Below, piece by piece: positions 33,365-46,171 of a DNA stretch of 64,000 nucleotides. Made by a program: the position numbers and the translations under genes. Below the pieces are notes generated by a model that did not search any database, was not told where the DNA came from, and worked only from the letters and a program-made list of their open reading frames with translations. Every line of letters starts with the position of its first letter. Within the stretch, counting starts at the first letter, position 1. This DNA is from Pachysolen tannophilus NRRL Y-2460 (Eukaryota). The stretch lies in the NCBI GenBank assembly GCA_001661245.1, contig KV454017.1:775903-839902 (forward strand). The letters are read 5' to 3'.

Positions 33365-33899
33365 AGACGGAAAAACGGAAAAAAAAAAAAACAGGGCAAA
33401 AAAATAAGGGCAAAGAAATTAGTCGTGTGCAATGAAATGTAATGTCCCAATTAGGTATTATTGGAGATAACAGAAGTCTAGTTTATCATCATCACTTTGA
33501 ATGGTACAAAACAAAAAGCGGGTTTAGTTATATGGTTTTATATGAATGTTAAACCATAACTTTAAAACTCATAAGAAGGTAAAAGACTTGAGGGGAAAGA
33601 CTGTTTTTTTTTTTTTTTTCTTTTTCTGTTCAAATAAGAATTTTGTTCTTTAAAAGTTTTTGGTTATTAGCTCAATTTCTTTTGTATTTAAATTCTTATT
33701 GCTACACTTAAATGCTAGGTTTTTTTTATACAATTTTTTCACGTCATTTTAAAATCATTAATCTTTTACAATAAATTAAAAATTAAAAATTAAAATTGAA
33801 ATCATTTAACAATATGATGATATTTATGCTACTGGCATACTAGGTTTGATATTTGGGAAAATTTTTTTTTAAATAAAAAAAAAAAGAAAAGGATTTAAA

Positions 33900-34880
33900 A
33901 TGAACGTGAGGATTAGTTTTCTATTAATTTGCTGGTTAGTGATTCCTATAGTAAATTCTTCATTTTTCCAAAATATTTATTTCAAAGTATCTCAAAGTTT
34001 AAAATTGAATGAAAATAGACAAAATTTTATCTTGCCCGGTTTATTCCATGAATTTGATGTTTCATCAAAATTAATTGATATTGCATACTGTATATCATCA
34101 TTAAGTAAAATTAAATTACCATTTAATTGTCCTAATGAATGTATAAATTTCCCCAATACAACTTTAATTTATCAATTTACAGGTGATAATATATTAAGAG
34201 AATTATCTGTAACCGGTTATATTGCAATAGATGATAGTGAAAAATTGGTTTATTTATCTTTAAGAGGTACAAGATCTTTTAACGATGCATTAACTGATAT
34301 AAAATCTGATCAAATACCTTATAATCATTGTTCAAATTGTAAAATACATAAAGGTTTTTATGAAACTTTTCAAAATACAATTTCAAAAATTGATATTTAT
34401 TTAATTGAAATTTTGAAAAATTATGCTAATACTCATAGTTTTTTGATAATGGGTCATTCAATGGGTGGTTCTATATCAGTACTATTAGCATCTCATTTAA
34501 TTAATGAATTTAATTTTAAAAAATTTAAATGTATTACAATGGGTCAACCGATATTAGGAAATGAATTTTTAGCAAGTTATTTCGAAAAAATATTTAAATT
34601 AAATGATATTTCTCTTAATAATAGATTAATGTACAGAATAACAAATAAAGGAGATTATATCCCGAGATTACCTATTTCTTCAAATGGAATGATCTATGAA
34701 CAAACAAGTGGAGAAATATTCATATCAAACATGGACTTGACAACTTTACAAAATAAAGATGTCTTAGTATGTAATGGTAGAGATGATCTTACTTGCTCAA
34801 AAGCTTTATATGGTAATTATATAGATAGTCACTTAATTTATTTTAAGAGGTTGGGAAATTGCGGATATACTTTATATTAA
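33900..34880 (+). CDS. Secreted class-3 (fungal) lipase, Lih1/Lip2-like
   Basis: Signal peptide; IDIAYC, LRGTRS, CSNCKIHKGF, nucleophile elbow GHSMGG, GDYIPRLP, SHLIYF. Confidence 0.88.
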   Translation: MNVRISFLLICWLVIPIVNSSFFQNIYFKVSQSLKLNENRQNFILPGLFHEFDVSSKLIDIAYCISSLSKIKLPFNCPNECINFPNTTLIYQFTGDNILRELSVTGYIAIDDSEKLVYLSLRGTRSFNDALTDIKSDQIPYNHCSNCKIHKGFYETFQNTISKIDIYLIEILKNYANTHSFLIMGHSMGGSISVLLASHLINEFNFKKFKCITMGQPILGNEFLASYFEKIFKLNDISLNNRLMYRITNKGDYIPRLPISSNGMIYEQTSGEIFISNMDLTTLQNKDVLVCNGRDDLTCSKALYGNYIDSHLIYFKRLGNCGYTLY

Positions 34881-34943
34881 AATGTAAAAGTTTTTTTTTT
34901 TTTTTTTTTTTTTCTATTATGTCATTTACTACTTTATTTATTA

Positions 34944-37500
34944 TTATCTTCTAGTAAACTTAAACTTCATACCATCATCATCATCATCGTCATCATCATC
35001 ATCCTTGTTGTTGTTGTTGTCGTTGATGTTATTGTCATTGCAATTGTCTTGTTGAATGCTGGTTAATTTACCATCTTTGGTATCCTTTCTTTGAATCTTA
35101 TTCTTGAAGTTAGAAAAGCTCATCTGCTGATTATCTTCCATTTCTAAGTCTTCATTATCTGAAAAATCACTCACAAATAACCCATTTTTCTTGGAATTGT
35201 TTGTTAAAGATTTTTTATTTTTTTTACCGTTACCAAAGAATACATCAATCTCAGAAAGCGTTTCTCTATCGCGACCAATTTCTTTTAAATGCTCAACTTC
35301 TTCGTCATCTATATCCATACCATGATTTCGATTTTCTTCTTCTCCTTCATATGTGGTCAATGGTAGATAACTTGTTATCGTAGAGAAAAAAGACGTACTT
35401 AACATGTTTTCCGTTTCTTCTTTACCATTTCTTGAATTCGTTTTCACTATTTCTAGCTGTTTCTTTGTTGGACATTTCTTGAAAATTTTAAAATTTTTGC
35501 GTCCATTCCAGCTTGGATCCCATTCAGAATTTATCATAACTGATGGTGCTTGTCGTTTTTCCAGAGGTAAAATTAAATCAATGGATTCAATAACAGCAAA
35601 ACCCTTATTACTCAGTTCTTCTGGTTTGACTGATTCAGTTTTCCCTAATTGTTCTTCTTCCTGTTTAAATTGTTTTATCTTTTTGATAGCCTTCACAAAT
35701 GGATTTTGAGATGTCATTGTCAGCTTGGTTCTACTATCCTCATTGTTTTCTGGTGAACTGTCATCTTCCTGTTCAATTTCCTCCTTTAATTTCTCTAAAT
35801 CAAATTTTTTAACAACAGATTTTCTCAAATCCTCTTTATTTGTATTTTCTTCACCGTTTCTATTATCAGTCTCACTGATGCCATTATCGTCTATATATTC
35901 CAGTGGCAGATTGGTATCCATTTCAATATCAATATCATCTAATTCCTTCCGTTCTGTTTCTTTTGATTCCAGTACATCTTCTACATTTTTCTGAAACCCA
36001 GATTTCAAGACGGGATTACTGTCCAAGCGATGAAAAAACATATCTTTATCAACCAGTTTTATTTGAGATTTTCCAATTCTCCTTTTTTTCGGCACTTCCA
36101 TGATATTATAGTTACCATTTTTAGCTGCAATACTTTCTGTAATCTCAACATCATCACTAGGAAATTTCTCTTGCGTATGTTTAGTAGTACCAAACATTAA
36201 TGACATTGGATCAATTTTTCTGATTTGAGTTCCTCCAATACGTCTTCTTTTCACTGCACCACCTTCAACTCCAGAATCTCCTAATTTTCTTTTACTATAT
36301 TCTTCAAAAAAAATCAGAGTATTTACAGAAATTACAGCTTTTGTCAAATCATCTAGCGAGCAAAGTTTTTTATTCAATTTTTCACAGGCTTGTTCAAGTA
36401 TCGTTTCTTGAATAGTATTACAAACTGAATGCATCTTTAAATCTCTGTTAGCCATCGGTTGAACGTTTGCAGATATGGAAAGATTAGATTTCAAATTCTC
36501 AAAATTTTTAAATTTAATCAAAATGGAATTTGGAATCTTTGAGATATAACTCACTAATTGATTCACCTTCAACTGAAGGTCATCTTCATTTTGTACAGTT
36601 TCTGGTAGTTCATAAAATAAAACATTTCCTTGTCCAGTACTAATCAATTTTTCGAAATAGCTAGATTCTTCTCTATTTGTGGTTATAAAATTCATATTTT
36701 TAAACATACTAGCCCTTTCCAAATTAATTTTGAGCTCTTCGCTATTCAAGCAAAATTCCGAATTTGGGAAAGTATCAAAATTCTCTTCGATCTTATCAAT
36801 TGAAGATTCTAACTTCAATATAAAATTTTCATCAATTATAGGTAAGCCCTTCAATAAACTATAAATCAAATTGTTCGAATATCTTTTGGTGGATTTGAGA
36901 TAATAATTGGTTAATGACTTAGTCTCAGAAGAAATTTTGATATCAATTTTCTTAGCTACTCTTTCTAACAAAGATTGAATAGTTAATTCTGGATAATTCT
37001 TAGAAAAGTCATTATTGTTGGAATACGAAATATTGATTCCAACCCATTTTATCGAAATATAGACAACTTCTTCCTTTTTTCTGAAAAAAATTTCAGTATC
37101 ATCAAAGATCTGAAAAGTTTTCAGTGTGAAACTATTATCATTTGGTGATGATTTGTAATGAACTTTATTAATATAAGTGGACGCTCTGCTTTCTAATGTT
37201 AACGATAGAGGTGTTTTTGAACCAAATCCAATATCTTTTATTTCACCAACTCGAATTGTGAAATGCTTTTTAGATATAAATTTCTTATCTATTATAAAAC
37301 TGGAATCGGATGATCGCCCGATAGTGTATGTCTTTCCAGGTCTTAACCAGTGTTTAGTAACTAATTCGCAAAAATTAAAAAAATGTTAGTACATCATCTA
37401 CCCGCAAATGATAATCATCATGCTAATGAAAAAGTCCTGATTCTTCATACTTACTTTTACCATTAAAGTTTTGCGATTCTGGAATTGTCAAAATCCACAT
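34944..37500 (-). CDS. XRS2: Xrs2/Nbs1 (MRX complex), spliced: exon1 37500-37455, intron 37454-37361, exon2 37360-34944
   Basis: A|GTAAGT donor, TACTAAC branch and TAG acceptor give the FHA start MWILTIPESQNFNGKITKHWLRPGKTYTIGRSS, in frame with the tracked ORF. Mre11-binding RKNFKIFKK and acidic Tel1-binding C-terminus DDDDGMKFKFTRR are present. Confidence 0.92.
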
Positions 37501-37797
37501 AATTCATGGAAAGTCAACAGACTCTAGATGCTTTTTCTATAGAGAGATATCTTCTTGTTCTTTTTTTTTATTTTTGATTTTGATTAGCTTTTTCTTAAGA
37601 TATGCAAATAAAAAAATTAGTTTCCTTTTAAGAGAGCACGACAAAAAGTTTCTTATTTTGGACTACAACATGATCAATGTGATAAACGTTTTTTTATTAA
37701 CTCTACTTCTATTAATAAATACATTAAATATAAGGGATATTTAAGATAATTTATGTCACTCTAATATACAATTTTTTTTTCTTTCTTATTTTTTGAT

Positions 37798-40044
37798 TTA
37801 GGAATTGAAAGTTTCTAAACTGGCATAAAATTTTTTGACTTCTGGAGAACATTTGATTTTCCTATGATCAAAACCAACAATTTCTAATCTGTCTTTTGAA
37901 ACTGCTCTACTTAAAGCCACGTAAACTTGACCATTTTCAAATACTTTATTCAAGTCGACTTTGACTCTGTCTAATGTCTGACCTTGGGCTTTATGAATTG
38001 ACAATGCCCATGATAAAAGTAACGGTAATTGAGTTCTTGTTAGTGTTGTTGTGCTACCACCTTTAACATCAACAAAAAAATCTTCTTTTTCAATTAATTC
38101 CATTCTTGATCCTCCATCTGCTATAGAGAACTTAACCACAGGTAAGATTTCCAGAGTTGATTCCAAAGAGGCCACTTTGACCAAATGCATAAATCTACTT
38201 TTTCTTGAAGAATCTAATGATTGAATTCTTTGATTCATTTCGTTATCGTAACCACCTTCACCAATAAATTTGGAAAGAAGTCGTAACTCTTGAATAGTAT
38301 CTTCTGTATCTAGTTCAAACTCGTGGATGTTATTTTTAATTTCTGTCCAAAGATTTGAAGTTAGAAAATATAAAACCCTGCCAACTGAACCATTAACAAT
38401 AGCCTCATCTTTATTTTTCAACATCATAACTTGTGCATCTTCTCTTAAAGTTAAAGATTTAACTGCCATAACACTGTCTAACATATACATATAATTTTGT
38501 GGACCTGTATCTTTTGCATCAAATATGAAATTTTTCCCAGGTAAACTTTCTAATCTTTGTTTATTTGCTCTTTCAACTTCCATCCTAGTTGGGAAAAGTT
38601 CGGTTGGCTGTATACCATCATCATATCTAACGCGTCTAGCTAAAGACCTAAATTTTGCAACCATATCTTGGCTGATATCACCAATTCTTAATGCGTTTAA
38701 TATATCGATCAATTCAGTATCTCCCTTTTGTCTAAATACTTTGGTTAACAATATGGTCTTATTAACAACTTCATTCCAAGCTTCACTTTTAAAGCAGAAT
38801 TGAGTTGCTGGTCCATTTCTATCAGGTACAGGAGGTAATTGGAAGAAATCACCTGTTAAGACCACTTGAATTCCACCAAATGGTTTATCTTTTTTCATGA
38901 TTTTCTTTGCCAATGCATTTAATTTAGTAAATAGATTACCATCAATCATTGAGATTTCATCTATGATTAATATTTTAGTCTTCTTCCATTTTTCAATACC
39001 TCTACTCTTAGCAACAGATGAATATAATTCATTGACGTTTCCCTTACCTAAACCAATACTTGCAAATCTATTGATTGTCTGTCCACCAATATTGACAGCA
39101 GCTAATCCTGTTGAAGCTGTAACTGCTACAGAATTTTTACCAAATTTAGTAATCAGTTGTTTAACTAATTCTCTCAATAAGACTGATTTACCAGTACCAG
39201 CGGAACCTGTGTAAAAAACGTTTAAGCCATCTTGTATGACAAATCGAATAACTTGTAACTGTTCTTCGGATAAAGTGATGCTACTAGTTGTTCTAACTGC
39301 TGGTCTCTTATCTCCAGCTAATCTTGGGTTCTTGAAAGCTAATTTATTGATAACATTTGTGGTTGTATTAGCCCAAGGTAACATTCTTTGTCTTGACTTT
39401 GATGATTGTTTCAGTGTTGGCAAAGGCGGCAGCAGTGTGGAAGTGGAAATTTCTGACAAAGTAGAGCTTTTTGAAGAAGAAAAACTTTTGGAAGTATCAT
39501 AGCTTACTAAACTCGAGCTAGATGACAATGTAGAATCATTGTTGAAACTATTTTTCCTATTGTGTGGATCAATTTTTGTATTAAATGAATTTGATGATGA
39601 AAATGATGAAATTTTACTTCTCTTATTTGTCTCTTGTTCTTGACTGAAAACACCAATTGGCCGTTTACTTTTCAAATTCTGAACGTTTCGAATGTTCAAA
39701 ATCTCCAAATCATCATCGTCCAAATCGCTATCAACGGCAAATGGATCGCTACTACTTGCATTAAAACTTGAAACCAACTGACTAGGTTTCCTTGGCATAT
39801 CCGAAATGATCTCGCATTCATTACTTGCTAATCTATTCAATTCCACCTTATTCAAAGCAGAACCACTTTTCTCTGCTAATGGCTTGGCCTCCTCGCCTTT
39901 TTTCGAATCTAATCCAAATAGTCCAGATAATGTCCCTTGTCTTTTACCGCCGTTACTCAGTGATATTTTTGCACTCCCACTTCTTGAATTCAGTCTTTGC
40001 AATCCCACTTTTTGGCGGCAATCGCGCTCAGTTGCTCCTGACAT
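37798..40044 (-). CDS. RRM3: Pif1-family 5'-3' DNA helicase, Rrm3 type
   Basis: NVFYTGSAGTGKS, TASTGLAA, IIDEISM, GDFFQLPPV, VFRQ, SIHKAQGQTL, GQVYVALSR; PIP-box-like QGTLSGLF near the N-terminus. Adjacent to SLT2, as RRM3 is in S. cerevisiae. First ATG at 40044. Confidence 0.88.
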   Translation of the reverse strand: MSGATERDCRQKVGLQRLNSRSGSAKISLSNGGKRQGTLSGLFGLDSKKGEEAKPLAEKSGSALNKVELNRLASNECEIISDMPRKPSQLVSSFNASSSDPFAVDSDLDDDDLEILNIRNVQNLKSKRPIGVFSQEQETNKRSKISSFSSSNSFNTKIDPHNRKNSFNNDSTLSSSSSLVSYDTSKSFSSSKSSTLSEISTSTLLPPLPTLKQSSKSRQRMLPWANTTTNVINKLAFKNPRLAGDKRPAVRTTSSITLSEEQLQVIRFVIQDGLNVFYTGSAGTGKSVLLRELVKQLITKFGKNSVAVTASTGLAAVNIGGQTINRFASIGLGKGNVNELYSSVAKSRGIEKWKKTKILIIDEISMIDGNLFTKLNALAKKIMKKDKPFGGIQVVLTGDFFQLPPVPDRNGPATQFCFKSEAWNEVVNKTILLTKVFRQKGDTELIDILNALRIGDISQDMVAKFRSLARRVRYDDGIQPTELFPTRMEVERANKQRLESLPGKNFIFDAKDTGPQNYMYMLDSVMAVKSLTLREDAQVMMLKNKDEAIVNGSVGRVLYFLTSNLWTEIKNNIHEFELDTEDTIQELRLLSKFIGEGGYDNEMNQRIQSLDSSRKSRFMHLVKVASLESTLEILPVVKFSIADGGSRMELIEKEDFFVDVKGGSTTTLTRTQLPLLLSWALSIHKAQGQTLDRVKVDLNKVFENGQVYVALSRAVSKDRLEIVGFDHRKIKCSPEVKKFYASLETFNS

Positions 40045-40259
40045 CCCCAGCACACTTCTTTCTAATTCCTAGCTCTAGCCCTAGCTCTAGCCCTAACAAA
40101 TAGCAAATAGCAAATAACAAATGATATATATATATATATATATAATAAATACCAATACGACAAACTTGTTGTTGTACTGCTGCTTTGTTTACTTTGAACT
40201 TGTACACGATGTTTTTGTATTTCCCAATTTGGAGCTTTGTGTATTTGAACACACGACAA

Positions 40260-40265
40260 ACGCGT
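40260..40265. promoter_or_regulatory. MCB element (ACGCGT) upstream of RRM3
   Basis: ACGCGT about 215 bp upstream of a DNA-replication helicase gene. Confidence 0.5.
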
Positions 40266-40869
40266 GCGTGTTATCGATCAATCTATACATAATACCAAAA
40301 CACTTGAAGGGCAACTTTACCGCTTCACTGTCAAAGAAAAGGGGGAAGTTTCCGCAGGCTTCCTTCCTTACACCTATAACATAGATCAAATATAGTAGTT
40401 CAATTATTATATAGACAAATAAAAAATTGTATTTATTTTTTATTTTTATTAATTTTTTTTTATTGCCAAGAGGGCACAGTTTCCATAATCTTGCACACTA
40501 AAGCAGATGTAATTGGACAACCGTTTCTACGTTTCTGTATTTATTTTCTACTAGGTAGTAATATAATGGTTTCCTTACTTTGTCAAAGTTTTCTTATTTA
40601 TTATTAGTATTGATTTATTTTCCATCTCTCTATTGTGCTATAAAAAGCACTTCTATAAATAAGTTCGTGTAAACAAGACCCAAAAACAATAACAAAAAAC
40701 AATTTTTTTTCTTGCTGTTTTGTAACGCCTGCTGTACATTAGGAAAACTCACAAGAGTTCAAGTAAAAAAATGTATAAATAGACGGATAGATCTCTCTTT
40801 TTGGTAAATATAACTTTAATTTGATAATATATAGAATTGAAATTAGATCTTGTTCTTATTGTATATATA

Positions 40870-40962
40870 ATGGATGTTAACGAGCAGTATCATAAATTTA
40901 AGTAAGTTGATATTTGTTATTTTGGAGTTTTTAGATTTATATTTTTTTTTACTAACTAAATC

Positions 40963-40995
<33 letters not shown>

Positions 40996-42443
40996 GGGTT
41001 TTCCATCAGGATTTTGTCATTGATAAAAGGTTTCAACTTATAAAAGAGTTGGGCCATGGCGCTTACGGTATAGTTTGCTCTGCAAAGTATATAGAGACTC
41101 CAGATGGTGGCTCGGTGGCGATAAAGAAGGTTACCAACATTTTCAGCAAGAAGATCTTGTGTAAAAGAGCTTTAAGAGAATTGAAATTATTAAGACATTT
41201 TAGAGGTCATAAGAATATAACTTGTCTTTATGATTTGGATATTATACCCGACGCCAATATGAATTTTAATGAAATTTATCTTTATGAAGAATTGATGGAA
41301 TGTGATATGCATCAGATCATTAGATCAAATCAACCTTTAACAGATCAACATTATCAAAGTTTTGTATATCAAATCTTGTGTGGATTAAAATATATTCATT
41401 CTGCAGATGTTTTACATAGAGATTTGAAACCGGGGAACTTATTAGTGAATGCCGATTGTGAATTGAAAATCTGTGATTTTGGTTTGGCAAGAGGTTATAG
41501 TAATGATCCAGAAAAAAATGCAGGTTATTTAACAGAATACGTGGCTACAAGATGGTATAGAGCCCCTGAGATTATGTTAAGTTTCCAAAGTTATACTAAG
41601 GCAATTGATATCTGGTCTGTTGGATGTATATTGGCAGAATTGTTGGGTGGTAAACCAATATTTAGAGGTAAGGATTATGTGGATCAATTAAATCAAATCT
41701 TATACATTGTTGGTACTCCAAAAGAATCAACTTTAACTAGAATTGGTTCTAAAAGAGCTCAAGAATATGTTAGATCTTTACCTTTAATGGCAAAAGTTCC
41801 ATTCTCAGGATTATTCCCTAACGCAAACCTGGATGCATTAGATTTATTAGAAAAAATGTTAACTTTAGATCCTCAAGAAAGAATAACAGTAGAAGATGCA
41901 TTAAATCATCCATATTTAAAAATATGGCATGATCCAAATGATGAACCAAGTTGTCATTCTAAATTTGATTTCTCATTTGAAGTTGTTGATGACATGCAAT
42001 TAATGAAACAAATGATCGTGGAAGAAGTTAAATCTTTTAGAGAATTTGTTAGAAAACCAATTGAAGAACAACATTTGATCCAATATAATCAAAACATAGT
42101 TGACCAGCTGCAGCTACAGCGACCAGATGATGATCTCAATGACCAGCAACAGCAACAGCAACCACAACAACCACAATCCTTTGATCAATTTGAACAATTG
42201 GCTTCTCCAGCTACTTACTTCAATCAACAACAACAACAACAACAGCAACAACAGCAACTACAGGGAAACTTTGTTGGAAATCCAAACATCATACCAAATG
42301 CAAATGATTTCATAATAGATCAAGAATTTCAACCTCCAAAACCCCAAGAAAATAGTGGAAGTAGTGATAATAATGTTGATTTAGAACAAGAATTGGAATT
42401 TGGACTTGATCGAAGATCTTCGTATTTCAAAATACCAAAATAA
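40870..42443 (+). CDS. SLT2: Cell-wall-integrity MAP kinase Slt2/Mpk1/Mkc1, spliced: exon1 40870-40901, intron 40902-40996, exon2 40997-42443
   Basis: AA|GTAAGT, TACTAAC and TAG give [49 protein letters not shown] loop; Q-rich tail ending [11 protein letters not shown]. Confidence 0.97.
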
Positions 42444-42787
42444 CTTTTTTATCTTTTTTTTCCCTTTCTTTACCTCTTGTCTTTTTCGGACTTTATATAT
42501 ATATATATTTTATGCTTCAAGATTTTTTTTTTTTTTTTTTTTTATTTATTGTTTGATTTCAGTGCCTGTTAAATTTACACCTATAGATAGAAAATTTACT
42601 TTTTATTACATAAATACATTTCAGATGCTATCATTTCCAATTATTTAAAATTTTTTTAAAATCTAGTAAAGAGTAATGAATGAAACAATAAGCGAATAAA
42701 AAAAAAAAAAAACGATAATGCTAAAATTGAACAAGAACGAAAATAAAATCAAAATAACAGAAAAACAGAAAAACAGAAATGCAAGAA

Positions 42788-45454
42788 TCAAATTACACCT
42801 GAACGATCAAAATCCCCTCTGAACGCACTTCTCAACCAATTTAGTAACTTATCGTAAACTATAATATTTCCATTATGCCAACTGATGGAATGATCACTAT
42901 CTGGGAATACCATAATATCGTAATTTTCCACCTTATTGATATCGAAAAGATCTACAACTTTTAAGAAATTTTGAAAATGAACATTATCATCTCCAGTACC
43001 ATGCATAACTAAAAATCTTTTTGCCTTAGCAATATTGGTAACATTTCTAATTGAAGATTGAAGATAACCTTCAGGGTTATTACTAGGGGTATGCATATAT
43101 CTTTCTGTGTATATGGAATCGTAAAAATTCCAATTTGTAACTGGAGCAACAGACATACCATATTTAAAGAATTCACCAGCATCGGTTTCCAAAGTCTTTA
43201 AAGTCATAAATCCACCATATGACCAACCCCAAATTGCAACTTTTTCTGAATCAATGTAATCTTTAGAAGTCCAAATCTTGGCAGCAGAGATTTGATCAAT
43301 TGATTCATAATATCCAAGTTTATCTCTAACAATTGACCTGAACCTCCTTCCCATAAAAGGTGTTCCTCTACCATCAACTGTGACAACAACAGCATCTAAC
43401 TCTGCAGCGACAATACTGGAGAATGAAGTCAGGAAGACTTTGGTAATCAATTGAGAATTTGGTCCTCCATATACGAAAAATAGTAAAGGATACTTCTTAG
43501 AAGCATCAAAATTCAATGGAAGAGTTTCTTTGTAATTAGCAATTATAGGTTCATCATCATTTTCTTGTTGTAAATTGATTTGACCATATCTAATCTGTGG
43601 AAGATCATATTTTTCTAAAGTTTGCTTCAATTTGTTATTATCTTCAACAATTTCTATGGAATCATCATGTAAATCTATTAATTTCTGATAAGGAACATTA
43701 GGCCCATTATAATCTAATAAAACATATCTTGATCCAGAACTAAATGAAACTGAAAACCAAGCTTCTTCTTCAACATTTGTTATATTTTTCTTTATAGATG
43801 GATCAAGTAAATTAATAGCATACAAATGTCTATCAACCGGTGATTTTTCAGTACTTATAAAATAAACAATATTCTTTTCATAGTCAAAGGCTGATGGTGC
43901 ATCAACAACTTCCCATGAACCATTAGTCAATATAGTCTTAGGAATCAGTGATTCTGGAGGTGAAAAATAAGCTAAATGATTAAACCCATCAACTACTATT
44001 GTATCAATATAACCATCATCCAATCTATTTTTGGATAAATCTTTTGGTACGAAAAAAGTATTATCTGTAATTTCAAACCAACCTCCATCTTCATTTGCCA
44101 ATTCTGATCTTGATACTGTACTTGACATTGATTTTGTATTGATTAAAAACATCTTCATCAAATCACTTTCTCTATTGGTTATCTTTGTGAAAACTTTATA
44201 ATCACCAACCCAAAATACTTCTGTTATCAATCTATCATCATTTTTAATATCTTTATCATTATAAAAAACGTCATTTCCCCCCAATTTCATCAATTCTTTT
44301 GAATTTGTGCCATATATTAATATATCAACCACTGGGTTTGGATAACCAGCTTTTGGATATTTAATTTTTTTCAATACTGGGTAACTTTGAATCTTACCAT
44401 CATTTTCATCATTTTGAACAAAATACGGAATTGGGAATTCTGGTACAAGGGTATCATTTGATCTTAAGATTGCCAAATATTCTCCATTTGGTGACCACCA
44501 CATTGCAGAATCACTTTCAAAGACTTCTTCTTCATAAACCCAATCTGGTTTACCATAAAAAATTTCTTCATTACCATCAAATGTTATTTGATTCAGGGTT
44601 GCAGAAGTCACATTATATAAATAAACATTATTTTTCAAGACAAATGATATAGTATTTGATAAAGGAGACCATTGTGCTAAAGAAATTTTTGAATTTAAAT
44701 CATCTTCATATAACGGTTTCAAAGATTTTTCTTCAACGTTATATACGAAATAATTTGCAAAAAAAGAATGTCTCCAATTACGTTTTTTATCAGTAATGAT
44801 CAATGCATAATTTAAATCTGGACTTGCAATGATATCTTCCACTTTATAATCCACATTTCCATAACTCACCACAGATCCACTGAATAAGACACTTGAAAAT
44901 TGTTTATCACTTATGGATTTTATAGTAAAAGTATTATTATTATCAACAACATATGTACCTTTATCATGAATAAAACTATCTGGAGATTTAATCCACTGTA
45001 TTGAATGAAATTCTGGTTTAAAAGTATCATTTCGAACCAAGTCAAAACTTAATGGGATTTTTTGTGAAAGCAATAACAGTTGCTGATCATTTTTGCCTCC
45101 TTCTCCTCCTCCTTCTGTTAGAGGTAATGCTTTCGGTACCAAAAAAGGTCCTACATGTGCATCATCATTATTGCTGGCAGTGGTAGTGGTGGTTTTACCA
45201 CCACTACTGCTACTACTTTTTTGACTATTATAGTACAACTGATTAACACCACTAACTAAAAATGCAGACCCATAAATCAAAGCACACAACAACAATCCAA
45301 TACTGAAAAACCTCTTATGAACATCTTTCCCCACACCATTACTCAACTCTTCACCATCTCTTCTCTTAGACTTTTCTTCCACCAAATTTTCGTCATCACC
45401 ACCAGTACTATTCAAAGCAACCACAGGACTCAAAGTACGATAGTAAGACGACAT
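42788..45454 (-). CDS. DAP2: Dipeptidyl aminopeptidase B (DPP-IV, S9B), type II membrane protein
   Basis: N-terminal TM, DWVYEEE, GWSYGG, HGTGDDNVH, DSDH triad. The short cytosolic tail and the position between SLT2 and RPN1 favour DAP2 over STE13. Confidence 0.88.
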   Translation of the reverse strand: MSSYYRTLSPVVALNSTGGDDENLVEEKSKRRDGEELSNGVGKDVHKRFFSIGLLLCALIYGSAFLVSGVNQLYYNSQKSSSSSGGKTTTTTASNNDDAHVGPFLVPKALPLTEGGGEGGKNDQQLLLLSQKIPLSFDLVRNDTFKPEFHSIQWIKSPDSFIHDKGTYVVDNNNTFTIKSISDKQFSSVLFSGSVVSYGNVDYKVEDIIASPDLNYALIITDKKRNWRHSFFANYFVYNVEEKSLKPLYEDDLNSKISLAQWSPLSNTISFVLKNNVYLYNVTSATLNQITFDGNEEIFYGKPDWVYEEEVFESDSAMWWSPNGEYLAILRSNDTLVPEFPIPYFVQNDENDGKIQSYPVLKKIKYPKAGYPNPVVDILIYGTNSKELMKLGGNDVFYNDKDIKNDDRLITEVFWVGDYKVFTKITNRESDLMKMFLINTKSMSSTVSRSELANEDGGWFEITDNTFFVPKDLSKNRLDDGYIDTIVVDGFNHLAYFSPPESLIPKTILTNGSWEVVDAPSAFDYEKNIVYFISTEKSPVDRHLYAINLLDPSIKKNITNVEEEAWFSVSFSSGSRYVLLDYNGPNVPYQKLIDLHDDSIEIVEDNNKLKQTLEKYDLPQIRYGQINLQQENDDEPIIANYKETLPLNFDASKKYPLLFFVYGGPNSQLITKVFLTSFSSIVAAELDAVVVTVDGRGTPFMGRRFRSIVRDKLGYYESIDQISAAKIWTSKDYIDSEKVAIWGWSYGGFMTLKTLETDAGEFFKYGMSVAPVTNWNFYDSIYTERYMHTPSNNPEGYLQSSIRNVTNIAKAKRFLVMHGTGDDNVHFQNFLKVVDLFDINKVENYDIMVFPDSDHSISWHNGNIIVYDKLLNWLRSAFRGDFDRSGVI

Positions 45455-46171
45455 CTCTTAATACCTTTCAACAAAGAGAGTAAAAAAGATGATCAACTTT
45501 CGAATATAAATATTTATGTCCTGAAAATTTTTGTAAAAAGCAAAAAGTAAAAAAGAGAAAAGAAAAAAAATAAGAGACAAAATTTCAATTCTTTAATACC
45601 AATATTACTACTACATGGGTCCAAAGATAAGCTCACACGTCTAACAACGTAATAATTTTATGCAGTGTTCCACAAAAGAAAGAAAGAAAAAATAGAAAAA
45701 ATAGAAAAAATAGGAAAAATAGGAAAATTACTATTTTAAGTAACCCAGCCGAGCCCTGGTTCCTCTTTAGGAACTATAATTAGCATTATTTACAATTCTC
45801 CATATTGAGAATTATACATGATCAGGGTAAATCCAGAGTCGTGCATGCGTCGTCCAATAAGAAACAAGAAAAGTAGTGTAATTTTAGAATTTCTTTTTTT
45901 TAGAATAAAAATTTTTTTCTTTTTAAAAAAAAACATCATTTTAATTATTTTTGCACTCCTTTTCCCTTCCCTTCCTTTTTTTTGTTTTTTGTTTTATGGT
46001 TTATTTTTTGTTTCTTTCTTTTCTTCTTAATTGTTTATTTCTATTAACGAAACACTACTTTTATTATTTTTTTTCTTGGTATTGTTTATCAATCTAGTTT
46101 GAGCGCGTTTTTCGTATCATTGTATATCAAGAGTTGAAAGAGTTCTGAGTTTGAACTGATTTTATAAAGTT

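Noticed and set aside
40028..40389. Upstream exon of RRM3, and the (CTAGCTCTAGCC)x2 repeat at about 40069-40095
   Set aside because: No branch point or ATG-started in-phase exon. The region contains an MCB site and looks like promoter/UTR; the repeat is a simple local duplication.
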